From assembly GCF_037042905.1 (NCBI RefSeq), contig NC_087245.1, positions 744,001-808,000 of the forward strand: a stretch of 64,000 nt of DNA. The letters are read 5' to 3'. The position numbers were made by a program, and so were the translations under genes. The stretch is from Lytechinus pictus. Lineage: Eukaryota. The notes under the pieces are model-generated. The model ran no database searches, was not told where the DNA came from, and saw nothing but the letters and a program-made list of their open reading frames with translations. This document shows positions 26,614 through 38,507 of the stretch, piece after piece; position 1 is the first letter of the stretch; each line of letters starts with the position of its first letter.

Positions 26614-28489
26614 CTATCAGGAAGGCATTTTTAAGATATATGAAAGAAAGTCCGCTCGCCGCTGTTTCCTAATAATGCTTCGGCAATTCAACTGCAATTT
26701 CAGTCATTTCGCGATGGATATTGCCGTGTTTTTTTTGTGATTCCTGACTTTGCTACTTAATGAAATTTCATAATTTTTGTTCAGTCATAAAGAAGAATGT
26801 CTATGCTTTATATTGACTATAACATTAATGTGACGCAAGTGTGATTTCTACGTGAAAATATGCTTTGTTTATTCACCTATATTTCTTGAAAAAAAATAAT
26901 AAATTCTAAGCTAAATATCGGTCACCAAAATACGTTAAATGTGCACTTTTTTTCACTGTTCAGTAAATTCAAACTTTTATCTATATAACAAGACCAATCT
27001 TAAGAGGAATAAACAATTCTAAGAGCAAAAAACGCTGATTGGAAAGATCGTCTCCAATGGGCTGCTGTCAGCTCAGCTGCTCACTGCTCATTGTGTGACG
27101 TCACTCAGCTGGAGCTCGCAAGAGGACCGGTGGGAGGCAGAAATATGGCATGAAAATAAATCATTTTTGAGAGCTGATTTCTGCAATCTCTGATCACTAT
27201 TTTGAAAAGTGAAGTTATATATCTGATTAGTAATACTTCCCCTTTACAATGATGACCACATAAAGTCATTATAAAATACTTTTGATTCTTTGGATGTATA
27301 CTTTAAGGAAATTTTAGCGTGTGTAAAAAGGAATGAACCCTCAGTGCGCTCGTGAGTATTCGTGAGCTACCACTAGTCCGGGGTTAGCGAGTTTCGTGTG
27401 TGAAAAGCAAGCATTCCTTATCCGGGGATAGCAATAACGATTTGGCATGTGTGAAAAGGAAAAAAAGATAGTACGGGGTTAAGGATAGTACGGGGCTAGC
27501 GATAGTCCGGGGTTAAGAAAATCCTGTGTAAAAAGGGTATTAGATTCTGACCAGCTTTCGGGTGGGTCTCCAGAGTCGAGAATTTTATTATATAGGGTTG
27601 CCAAAAAGTGGTGCACAGAGTCCAAGTGTTTCAACATTCCATTCATCAGACAATCATTCCCGGGGGCCGATGTGTAGCTTTTTTGCGTTTGAATATTGCT
27701 TTTACGTCTTTCGGTTTAATTGGACTCTCCCAAGCGATCTTGGGAGTTAATATTCACAAATGGGAACCATTGCAGTGAACGTATGCCAATAACACTGGGC
27801 GTGCTGTATTTGTCTCCAATATATTGGTTGGCGATTTCTTCAGAAAATGTTGGCTTAAGTGGTGCCTCATGGAGCGATCCAGTGCAGGCAGCTTTCGAGA
27901 ATTCGTAAAATTTATTTCGGTATCTCTTTTCCATGTGCGCTCTAGATTTATCATATTTATTCTGTTTATCTTGTTTTCTTAAATATGATACCGTCTTGAC
28001 AGCCTCTCTAAATGCTTTTCTGTCCTCGGCTGTTCCATTTTTTTCGAATGTCCTTTTCCGAAGCACATTCTTACACTTTCGGGCTTGGGTTAATGATTTC
28101 GGTTCATGCTCTATATACGTTTCGCTCAAATTCTTCTCAACGAATTCATCTTGATCGCTAAAGTAATCGATCAGGGTACTTGTTAGGGATTCTGCTGCGG
28201 ACTTAGGGGTAACAATGCCGGCGCCGAGATCATGATGCAGCAATGTTGTTAAACGGGTTTTTTATCTCAGCATTGTGGGGTTGCCATACCGTGGGGCTCA
28301 TTTGCGGGATGTTGAATCTCAAGCAATTTGCCCAGAATGGAAAGCATAGTAGTAACGCTCCAATAACCACTTACGAATGCATGATAGTAATAACGATGTT
28401 GTGAACGGCTGCCAATAGCAAAAGTGCAGAGGTTTGCAGTGGTGTGACTATACATGCTACCGGCGCCATGTCCTTATATTTAGTAAAGT

Positions 28490-30152
28490 CGACAGTGGAG
28501 GCAGCAGTACCAGCAATAATTGAGGCTGTCAAAGAGGTGTGCCTGGGTACAGTAAAGGAGGAGTAAAATCCCCTTCTACTACAATCCCAGTTTAAGCTTG
28601 ATCAACTTGATCAAAACATGAGGAGAGAGAACCTTCGACTGACTGGGATTGCCGAAACTGAGGTGAGCGAGGAGGATCGATCTAGTTGGAGAGGTAGTAA
28701 AGATAGCGAAGGAGGCTGGAATTGATCTCTCTCCAAATGATATTGATACGTGCTATCGACTGGGCGCTCCAAAACAGGCAGATGGAAGGCAACAAGTGGT
28801 GGAGCCCAGGCCGAGGCAAGTCTTCGCTCGATTTAAAAAACATTATGATTTACTGTGCAAAATGGTTTGAAATAAAATTAATATGAAATCAATGCAAAGA
28901 AAACCAAAGTGATGGTTTTTGGGACGGAGCATAAAACTAAGAATCTTAAGTATTAATATCTTTCACGGAAGAGAATACCTTGAGAATGTTTCTGATATCA
29001 AATATTTAGGGGTAACCCTTGACCAAAGTCTAAGTTGGACACCGCACATCTTTAATCTAACTAATAAAATTAACCGGGCTATTGCATGCATTAGAAGGAT
29101 TGAATGTTACTTGAATCGACGCATTCTCAAACACCTTTACCATGCTCTTATTCTACCACATGTAGATTATTGTTCGGTTGTTTGGGGTAAGTGTAAAAAG
29201 AAAGATTTGCTCAAATTACAGAGGGCGCAAAACAGATATGCAAGATTAGTCCTCAATGCAGACTATCGTACCACAAAGGATATCATTTTAAACAATCTTC
29301 AATGGCAAAGTATTGAAACTCGAACCAACTACCACTACTCTCTTTTCGTATTCAAAATATTCAATTATCTAGTCCCACATTATTTAGAATCTTTTGCCTG
29401 TAAACGACCACTCTTTTATGTTACTCGTCATTCCACCTTAAATCCTTTATTCCGAAACCTAGGACAGAATTCAGTCAAAACTGAAACGATCTTTTTCTTA
29501 CATCGCTCCAAATATCTATAATCTACCGACTCATATACGCACGGCAACTTCACTCCAAATGTTTAAAAATCAAATCAGGCCCCTCTCTTTTAATGTCTTT
29601 TGCCATGAGGTCAATTCATTTTTTTTTTAATGTTATCATGACGTTTTTTTTTTCTTTGTGTTTTTATGTATTTGTGATACTTTTGTCTATTTTTTGGTTT
29701 GTTTCATTTTACCCATTTTTATTTCTCCTTGTATGCTATCTGCTTTATGCCATTTTATATTAACAATTTTAATATCTGATCACGAAAGTTCATCTGTGTT
29801 GGTAATTTTAATATCTTTTAAATTGTCAATTTTATAGCTTATTTATTAATTTTACTTAGTTTAATTTTAGTCACATGTTTTTGAGGTAATTGCCTTTATT
29901 TCTATGATTTTCTTTGTCTTTTAAACTGTTTTTATTATAATTTTAATCTAGGTTTTTTATTTTTGTTTTGATTCATTAAATGTGATAGCATTGATATGTC
30001 ATGTAATTTTGATTGTGTACTGTATTTTACTTTATATTAATTGTATTTCATTTATTTTGTAAATCTTTCTATGTCTATAGGGCTCTTTTGTAAAGCAGGC
30101 CTTTGGGCTCTGAAAGGACTACCCTGTTTTTGAATAAAACTGAATAAATAAA
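28490..30152 (+). mobile_element. Internally deleted CR1/L2-group LINE (ORF1 fragment + RT C-terminus + 3' UTR)
   Basis: ORF1-like LDQNMRRENLRLTGIAE and IDLSPNDIDTCYRLG..RPRQVFARF; RT-end KYLGVTLDQSLSW, LYHALILPHVDYCSVVWG; (AATA)n tail at ~30143. Confidence 0.88.
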
Positions 30153-30990
30153 TATGCTCCCAACTAGATATGGACGATCCCAACACAACACTATTGTTAC
30201 TGGTGGTGCTGTGACAATGCTCAGCACCCCAGTAACAATAGAATAATCCTCTGTGGATAGGTCCATGAAAAGATAACTTTTTAAATTCTGTCCTATAGGT
30301 TTCGGAATAAATAAAGGATGTAAGGTGGAATGAGAGTAACATAGAAGAGTGGTCGTTTAAGCCCCTTTCACAATTGACATACGACCATTTGCGACCTTTT
30401 GGTCGTGCGACAGGCTGCAAGAGGCAAATTTATGAATAAACCTAATTTCGTATAATAAAGTACAAAAGAACAAGTGTGGATATGACATCATTAGCCCCCC
30501 TAATGAATATTCACAAAGACATGTTTCACCGGAATAATGCAAATTTTTAAACTTCAATAACTTTGTTACTTGTTATCCGATTTTGATGAAATTTTCAGCA
30601 TTTCGCAGCCTGGACCATCCCTTTAATGCCTCAGTCACACATTTGCTCTTAGGCGGCGTATGGCCAGTCGAAAACAACCGTTTTAACATTGTCTTTGTAA
30701 TATCGACATAAGGTGGTTTGAATATAAATGAATAAACGGCTGTTTTCGAGTAACGAAAGAATCATGCGCATCAAGGCTGTCCCATCATGAGACTTTGCAC
30801 ACCTTACTCGGCCTGAGATCTAGACCAAGGCAGGAAAAATAGCGGCAGCCATGAGCCCTGATGGGCACACCAATGACCTCTTTCATACCATGGATCCTAC
30901 ATGTTCATACTGAGCTCTGTACGCACGGATAAGAGCTACCAGGGCTCTCCTTAGAGCGGGGCTCATGTTGTTCAGCGTCAACTCCAACAT

Positions 30991-31203
30991 ATCACAGGAG
31001 GCGTGATAGCTCAGTCGGTAGAGCGGGGGTTTCGGATTCCGGTGACCCGGGTTCGATTCCCAAGTGGTGCGCTAGTGCCCTTTGGTAAGGCATTTATCCT
31101 CATTACCAGGTCCCTCGGAGAGGACCTTAAGCCGTTGGTCCACTGGTTGCTTGCTCACAGGCATTCGTGCTTTCTTAGCAGTCAGGTAAAACAACCTCGG
31201 TAT
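30991..31203 (+). mobile_element. tRNA-derived SINE
   Basis: A box TAGCTCAGTCGG, B box GGTTCGATTCC; TSD AACAT; absent from the paralogous site at ~41855. Confidence 0.88.
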
Positions 31204-32486
31204 AACATGTCCCCAACAACTGTGGATAACACTGAACGACTGATTTACTTCAAACCTACAACAATACAGTGATCTGGAGATAGGGAACTTCTCTCTAATA
31301 TACAAGACATATACATATCACACTATAAACCATCACAAATATCAATGTTAAAACAGTAGGCGTATATCACATAGGTACATCTGGCAGCGAGAGAGAGAGA
31401 TGGGGAGGCAGGGGAAGGGGGAGATAGGAGAGAGTTATTTTTTAGGACAAAGAAATAGGTTTTGTCAATTCTCATATCCTATATAGCTTATAAAAATATT
31501 AAGAGTTCGACTCTAAAATTGTAACTCTGGATACAACGTGTTTTACACACGACACTAAGACATAAGCCAATATTTTTGAACAATTAAGATGAAGGCTTCG
31601 TGCAAATCTTGCCCCACCTTATATCTACTCCACTATACAAGTAATATTCCAGTATAGACAGAAACAAGGAATAGTAAGCAATACTATCTTCTTCCACTTT
31701 TTCTTCTTGGAGTCAATTTTACATGAGGGCTAGTTGAAAGGTATATTTTTCAAATATGGCAGAAACAAATGAAAACGGGTAAGTCCATTCTAAGGATGAT
31801 TTCTGTTTTTTCTTATTTTCTGAATTCTTCAAATCTCTTTGTTGTAACAAATTTTTAATGTCTTATTAACGTTTTCAATGAATAAAAGTTGTTCATGCAT
31901 GTATGAAATTGATTTTAGATAACCTATGAAAAGAACAAGCAAGTGCATCATTCAGCACATTTTCAACTTTTTTTTCATTCTCGGAACCCTTTCTATAATA
32001 CCTATGAAAAATACGTCACCCTAAAAACCTATTAAAATAAAGCAGTGTTATTATATGAGCACCATCGGGTTGGAGGTCGGTAGCAATTTTTGGCTCCTAC
32101 TTTATTAAAAAAATAAAAAATAATAAAAAATAATTGCTACTACTCAAATCAAATTAATTGGACTAAAAAAAGAGTCCAATTAAGACAATAAAATACAAAA
32201 GAAATAATGATGAAGGACACAATCGAATCTCTCATATTTTCTTCATATAAGTGTTTGTGAAACATTATCTGAAAAAATAAAATATCATGAATTTCTTATT
32301 TTGCATCCGATTTCGATAAATATTTTTGCGTTATGCTTATGTGATTTATCTCTTGTGTATTTGAATTCGAGTAATCTTTCTTTCACCTGTTTCGTGGTTT
32401 AGCTTTCAATGTGATCAATCAGGTGTATATACGCGTTTGTTTTTGAGCCACACTTTATGAACTTTGATCCTACGATATTACAGGTG

Positions 32487-32677
32487 ATACCTCGGTCATA
32501 TTTGTTCTATGGCGGCCGTACGGCGAGTCGAAAACAGCTGTTTTAACACATGTTTAACAATTTTTTGTACCAGCTAAGTATAGATGGTTTGAATAAAAAT
32601 AAATAAAACGGCTGTTTTCGACTCGCCGTCCCCGGGCTCGCCGTACGGCGGCCGTAGAGCAAATGTGACCAAGGTAT
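32487..32677. mobile_element. Palindromic MITE
   Basis: ATACCTCGGTCATATTTG / CAAATGTGACCAAGGTAT inverted ends; truncated relatives at ~30626 and ~41444. Confidence 0.75.
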
Positions 32678-35600
32678 GGGCGTTTCATAAAGCTGTTCGT
32701 AAGTTGCCTGTAGTCCACCTGGACTGTTGTTATTTTGTACGATACGACTACGGTACCAAACACATACACACACCCCCTGAATAGTCACATGAAACGACAT
32801 ACTCACGTGAAATCTCTGGCATTGGGTGTGCATTGCACTGTACTGTGCACACAGTACATGCCCTCGCTATGCAAGGTCAATGCGCTGTGCACCAAGCACA
32901 GAACACGTTTACTTGTTTTAATCATGGAGCTATATATAGCTCTATGTTGTAATATATTCATGTGCTACTAGACAAAGGTCACAACTTTATTATCTTTCGT
33001 CTCGCTGTCTAGATGGCCTAGACAATTTTTTTTTCGGGGAAAGTGAATCAGTGGGTTACTGGACGCCCTTGTTCCTGGAACGCCGTGTGCGGCGCTCTTC
33101 ACATCTTAAGCTTTTTCGGAACATTCCATTAACTTTCGTTAGCAGAATCTTTGTCGTCACTAAATAACGCTCGTTTTTTATGTTGGCATTTTTCATTTTT
33201 TGGGGAAATACATGGATACAACACTTAATGGTTTAACTTACATATCACTGACTTGAAATGTAAAAAGTTGAAACTGATTACAAAGAAAATACGGTTTTTT
33301 ATTATATGTCACGTGATTGATGACGGTTTTTTTTTACCACTGTACCATAATACGTTCGGGGGGAGCCACTTCCTTTCAAAGATGCACAACATGATTTTCC
33401 AAGAAAAATCGTAAAGCCGGTTGAAGTTTCATCGTCGGGCGATATCTGTGCGTACAAAAGAATGGGTATCAGTAGCAACTAATTTTAAGCCAGTTCGTAG
33501 TTCCACTCTGCGCATGATCAGAAGATTCTGCGCATGATCAGAGGAAGGTCATTTGTACTAAAGTGACATGTTGGTTTAAAATTTGATTATTCATATATTC
33601 TTTTGAATTGTGTTTTCATTCACATCCACAAAAAAAATGCGTCCACGAATGACTGGTATATTTCACAGTTTGCCAAGTACATTGTACAACATCCTCTAGT
33701 ATGCATTCAAAGTAGAAATGCAACAAATAACTTCATAGAGTGTACATTGATGTGCTATTCTAGTCACCTGGTCTATTCAATTTTTTCATCCCGCTATGTA
33801 AGGCATGCATACGTAATATCTTGCTTTGAAATCTACCTATCTTAATGAAAGAAATGAAATGTCATTTGACCAAAATTGTCTCAGAAGTAACTACGAACTG
33901 GTCTATTTTCAATGAATACTCAGGCGTTGTTGTTTTCTCATAGTGTAAACAACGTCCCCCGGGTACAGAGGTTTTGTTGCTCTCGGGTACTTTCCGATTT
34001 GAAAATTATCTTGTTCGTTTTGATCATCGTACACGTTTTTTATTCGGAAAACGCAGCTATATTTAGTGCATCACATAATTATGTGCACACTGCATATCGC
34101 ATATGTGGGTCATCATTGACATTGTTCGCCGTATTATTCAGGGTGATAAGTGAAAAGTATGGTCGTGTGACCTTCGCGCGTGACCATATTTCGTGGACGG
34201 TCGTATATCTCAGAAAGTACTTAATATCGTGAAAATCTGATATCACTACCAGAAAAAGCGGTCAAAAATTGTCCTGTATTGAAAGTTTCTAGTTGATAAG
34301 ATTGGAATTTGTTTAAGCTAGGGCTAGGCGATTGGGCAGGCGCGCGCACCTGCCTCGGCCGATCCTCGCCCATGCGCCCACCACTAACTTAGCAGGCAGG
34401 GTAGGCCTTCGGACACATCCACACATAAACATCTCCAACTAAAGTGAGTACACTAACTACCCCAACATTCACTTCCAATCTAAAAATACACAAGGTGAGA
34501 GGATGTATTCCCTGTATGGGCAATGCATCCTCTCACCACCCAAATTTTTTGATCAATACTGTCCCTTTTCCAGCCAAACGTTCTCTGCTCTTTAATTAAT
34601 GATTAACATGGGCAGTGAACCTGATCTTATCCTCAGCATTCTAACATAGCTTCAAACCACTACCTCTCTCTAAAAAACGCCCATTATCAACCACAATACA
34701 ATCCATGAAATAAGCACAATTTCAACACAAAACAAAACCAAAAAGCCTGTGTATCTATTGACATCTTTTATGATTGATAACATACCACGCATAAAGGATT
34801 TGGACATGTTCAAAACCATCACCCCCACCCCATGTGCGCCACAAATTCTACACCCTACACATACTAATAGCCCCCTTTCAGCTCACCAAACGCAACATAT
34901 GTTATTCATATCTGGTTCCAAAATACACTGGGTTAGGTGAATCACTGGGGGTGAGTGAATCAGTGGAGGGCGTGTGTGTTGGTTAGTTATGTGTGCGCGC
35001 GCGCAGCGCAGGGATACGGTTAGCCTATATAATCTAGGCAGAGTAGGCGGAGGCTGCAGTTATTGTCTGCCAGATCAGACGTATCGCTTGCAAAGACAAT
35101 AACTGCAGCCTCCGCCTAGATTATAAACTAGGGTACGATCCGATAGGGTTGCCCATAGAGATGTATTACTAGTTTGCGTTATTAGTATATATATCTCTAT
35201 GGGTTTTTTCCTAATCAATAAAAATAAGAATATGACTGGTGACCCTTTTTTAGGAACTAAATCAACAGCAATGGAAATATGGCGTGTATCACTTCAGGAT
35301 CACCAGTCGTTCTTAAAGTCACTCGATCGTAACTTACGAACAGCTTGATGAAACACCCACTGGTTTCTGTCATAGAAAGAACGAACAGCACCCTGTTAAA
35401 ATGATCCAGCTAGTTCAAGGTGAAGTAATTCAGTATGACACAAAAAGTCAGTGGCGTACCATTGGTCACGGCATGGGGGGCACCAGCAAAAAATTGAGTC
35501 ACTTATTGGGCGCGAAGCACACTCGATTGCCAGGTATACTGACCCAATGGAGACATTTTAAGGACTGTGCCAATAAACGGACATGTATCTCACTGATAAA

Positions 35601-37005
35601 ATACTAGTAATGCGAGCGCGAAGCACGAGCTGAAATTTTTTGATATTCAGACTGACCTAAAAAAGGGATATAATAAGCAAATTTTTGTAATCACGATACA
35701 AAACAAACAATGCGAGCGCAAAGCGAAATTTCTAAATATATTGACCCCAAACAGGGTTTTTTTAGGACTATTTGTTTTAGGAATTCATGAAGAGCATACA
35801 TATCTCATAATCTCACCATATATAGTGCTTATTTAGTTAGAATTACAAGAAAACACATGAAGCACTTTTTGAAGTCATTGTAATAATGAACATAATATGC
35901 ATCTCTCTAATCAATTATTGCGAGCACGAAGCGCGAGCTAAAAATTTGTGATATTAAGACCTTTAGAGGGGCATTCTAAGGCTTGTTTTTAAGAATTGAC
36001 TATGCAATAAAGTATATTATCAACCATGTTAACCAAATGATGCGAGCGCGAAGCGCGATCTGAAATTTTTGATATTCAGACCAGAAAAGGGGGGCATTTA
36101 AGGACTGGTGTTTTTTCTTCAAATTCATGAAAAGCACACATATCTCAACAATCCATTAATGCGAACGTAAGCGATCTGGAAATGTTTTATATTCAGACCT
36201 TAGGAGGGGCAATCACTTTTAGTAGTCATAAAAAAGAAGCATATGTCACGACATATATCAATAAAAACTCGAAGTGCCAGGATACATATTTGGTGTATAT
36301 TGACTTGAAAACGGGATGTTTTGTAATACAACAGGATTATATATCTAATTGAACAGACAATGCAAACACCAGGAATGATGAACACATAGACACTAAGCAA
36401 TAATGTTTCATAAAGTTATGAAAAACAATTCTGATATAATATAATATATAACATAATATGATATAACATTATATAATATCCAATCATTTCTTCGTCACCC
36501 GCTACGTTTCTCTTTCTTTCTCCCTCTTTTTTCTCCTTTCCTCCTTTTTTTTGCCAGCCGATTTGGGGGGCTCGTGTCAACCCATTCCCCTTTAGTTACG
36601 CCACTGCTGAAAAAGTACAAATAAATCCTGTATTAAAACCAGGGAATCACCATGGATTCTCATTTTTAAGTATCAATATTGTGTACTGCGTTTAGCATTG
36701 CCATGGACCTACAGGTCCATGGCATTGGGGATGAGTGATACAGCCAACTTTCATGGGAAAACCATATGGGGAAAACTGACAAGTAATGTAGTGGCAGAAT
36801 TTGAACATGTTTTGGGCGATTCCATGCGTCTCGTACTGGACATTTCGACAACATTTTCTAGTCTCTCAGCTGAATGCGTGAGCAATATATATTTTTTTCA
36901 ATAACAAAGTCATAGCGGGTAGTCATGTGAAAAACTAGCCAACTAAAAATGTTTTATTATGGGTTATTGAAAGGTGAAAATGTGTGTCATACGGGCATCA
37001 GATAT

Positions 37006-38507
37006 CCGGACCTTTCGTTGGAGAACGCGAACGCTTATTTACGACGGTAGTTGATTTTGGAAGAGACTTTTGGGCCCGTCGTCATGGTCGTAAAACTCTG
37101 TCCTGCAATGCAAATTGTGTGACATGAGATTTTTTTCGTTTCACATCTGCAACGGAAACATTCAATATGCGTTTCGTGTGCAAAATTCTGGTTGCTACTA
37201 TGGTAACAGCGATAGGCCTATATCCGATTTAGGACGACTTTCCAGAGCCACATTTGGTTCCTCCCAGAGCTCGAGAGGCCGCCCGGGTGGCCCACTTCCA
37301 TTGACGAGTGGATACCAGGCGCGACCACGCGTAAAAAGGGACAGAGTAGGCAAGTACGTTACGTATATAGGCCTTTGTAACGTTATAAGGGTGTCAAAAA
37401 CGATTTATTTATTTATTTATTTATTTCACATCTTTATACAGGGTAACCAATTCAGCTATACACGATAAAAAACATTAACAAAGATAAAAAGCTGGTTTGC
37501 AATTGGGCCCTGTTAATCAAAATACATACAAATTATAAAGTACTTGATATGCAAAATATACAAGAAATAAATCTTTAAAAATTCCAATTTAACCCTCTGT
37601 GCCGTCATCAGATTCATCAGAAACACACAGAAGCACCCAAACCCACACACACACCCCATCCACTCTACAGACTCGTTACTTACTTGTAACATATAATAAT
37701 TAATTTAACATTATTTATTATTACGATGTTTAAAATACTGAAAAAGTGATATTTCCAATACTTGTAGGGTTTCACAAGCCAAATGCCTGGCATCCACTCA
37801 TCAATGGAAGTGGTCCCCCCGGGAATTTAAATCTAATCCCCCATTTCTGGGGAAATTAAAACATAATGCCCATTATATTGTGTGCTAGAGACATATCGTT
37901 TGTGTAGAAGGAGTAAACAAAAGAAAAAACCCCGCAATTTCGACTAGTATTCAGACGTATACATGCTGTGTACATATCAACGCATGCGAAATGGTTTCAG
38001 TTGGAGAGGTCATCTGACCCATGGAACCACTTGCCAGTGATCCACCAATAATCCACATTAAATGCAATATCGATTCGATGGACTGTAATGATCTATATCT
38101 AAGCCTTAATTCAGTAAGTTTTTCCTCACTCAATATGTACTCGATTTGTTTGAAAAACCACTTTCTTATCCATGTCATAATCTATTGTGGGCCCTGCATT
38201 TCGAATATCTCCAGCCAGCTGTTATAGCTAGTAGAGGTTCGCCGCCGGCTCAGGGGGCATATACGATGATGACCAGACGTACACATGCATGAAAACGGGT
38301 GTCGCGTGAAAGAAATTTGCACACGAAAAGCAAATCTATAGGGCCTGTATCACAAAGCTTAGCAATGAATGTAGAACAGTTTTCTATGATTGATTCCATA
38401 GATTATAATCTACAATTACTCGTGAAAATCGAATGTACGATTAATCGTTAATTTTTGTGTTAGGGGACCCTAATCTTACCGTCCCTGAGGTTTGCGAAAG
38501 GTGGCTA
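37006..38507 (-). mobile_element. Non-autonomous ISL2EU-like element, copy 3 (inverted)
   Basis: Reverse complement of 17283-18492; empty site at 45229-45230 in duplication copy B. Confidence 0.8.

Larger units (their letters stand above)
23451..27302. mobile_element. Kolobok-like non-autonomous DNA transposon
   Basis: TTAA TSD (23447-50, 27303-06); termini AGTATACACACAAAGAA / TTCTTTGGATGTATACT. Confidence 0.8.
23142..27539. mobile_element. Harbinger-like palindromic MITE (left end eroded), interrupted by a Kolobok-like element
   Basis: Inserted at a TTA in the HERO ORF (ESK|VTL); repeated AACCCCGTACTAT/GTGGGGCTAA palindromes; related copy at ~54197-54678. Confidence 0.65.
17140..28480 (-). 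mobile_element. HERO/NeSL-type non-LTR retrotransposon (RT + CCHC + restriction-like endonuclease), degenerate, split into 4 pieces: ~27540-28480, 22738-23141, 18495-20065, 17140-17280
   Basis: RT motifs GCIEH, FFDLADAFGSVSH, GVFQGDPLSP, YADD; Zn knuckle CNLC..YHVLNNC; YTWRHN; KPD..IELTVPFE; C-terminal SYVIFQDRREPTW. The frame rejoins across each insertion; frameshifts and stops are present. Confidence 0.9.

Noticed and set aside
28919..29521. 200-aa ORF as a host gene
   Set aside because: C-terminal part of a CR1/L2 reverse transcriptase in a deleted LINE
30997..31075. Intact tRNA gene
   Set aside because: It is the head of a SINE: it continues into a SINE body, has a TSD and is absent from the duplicate locus
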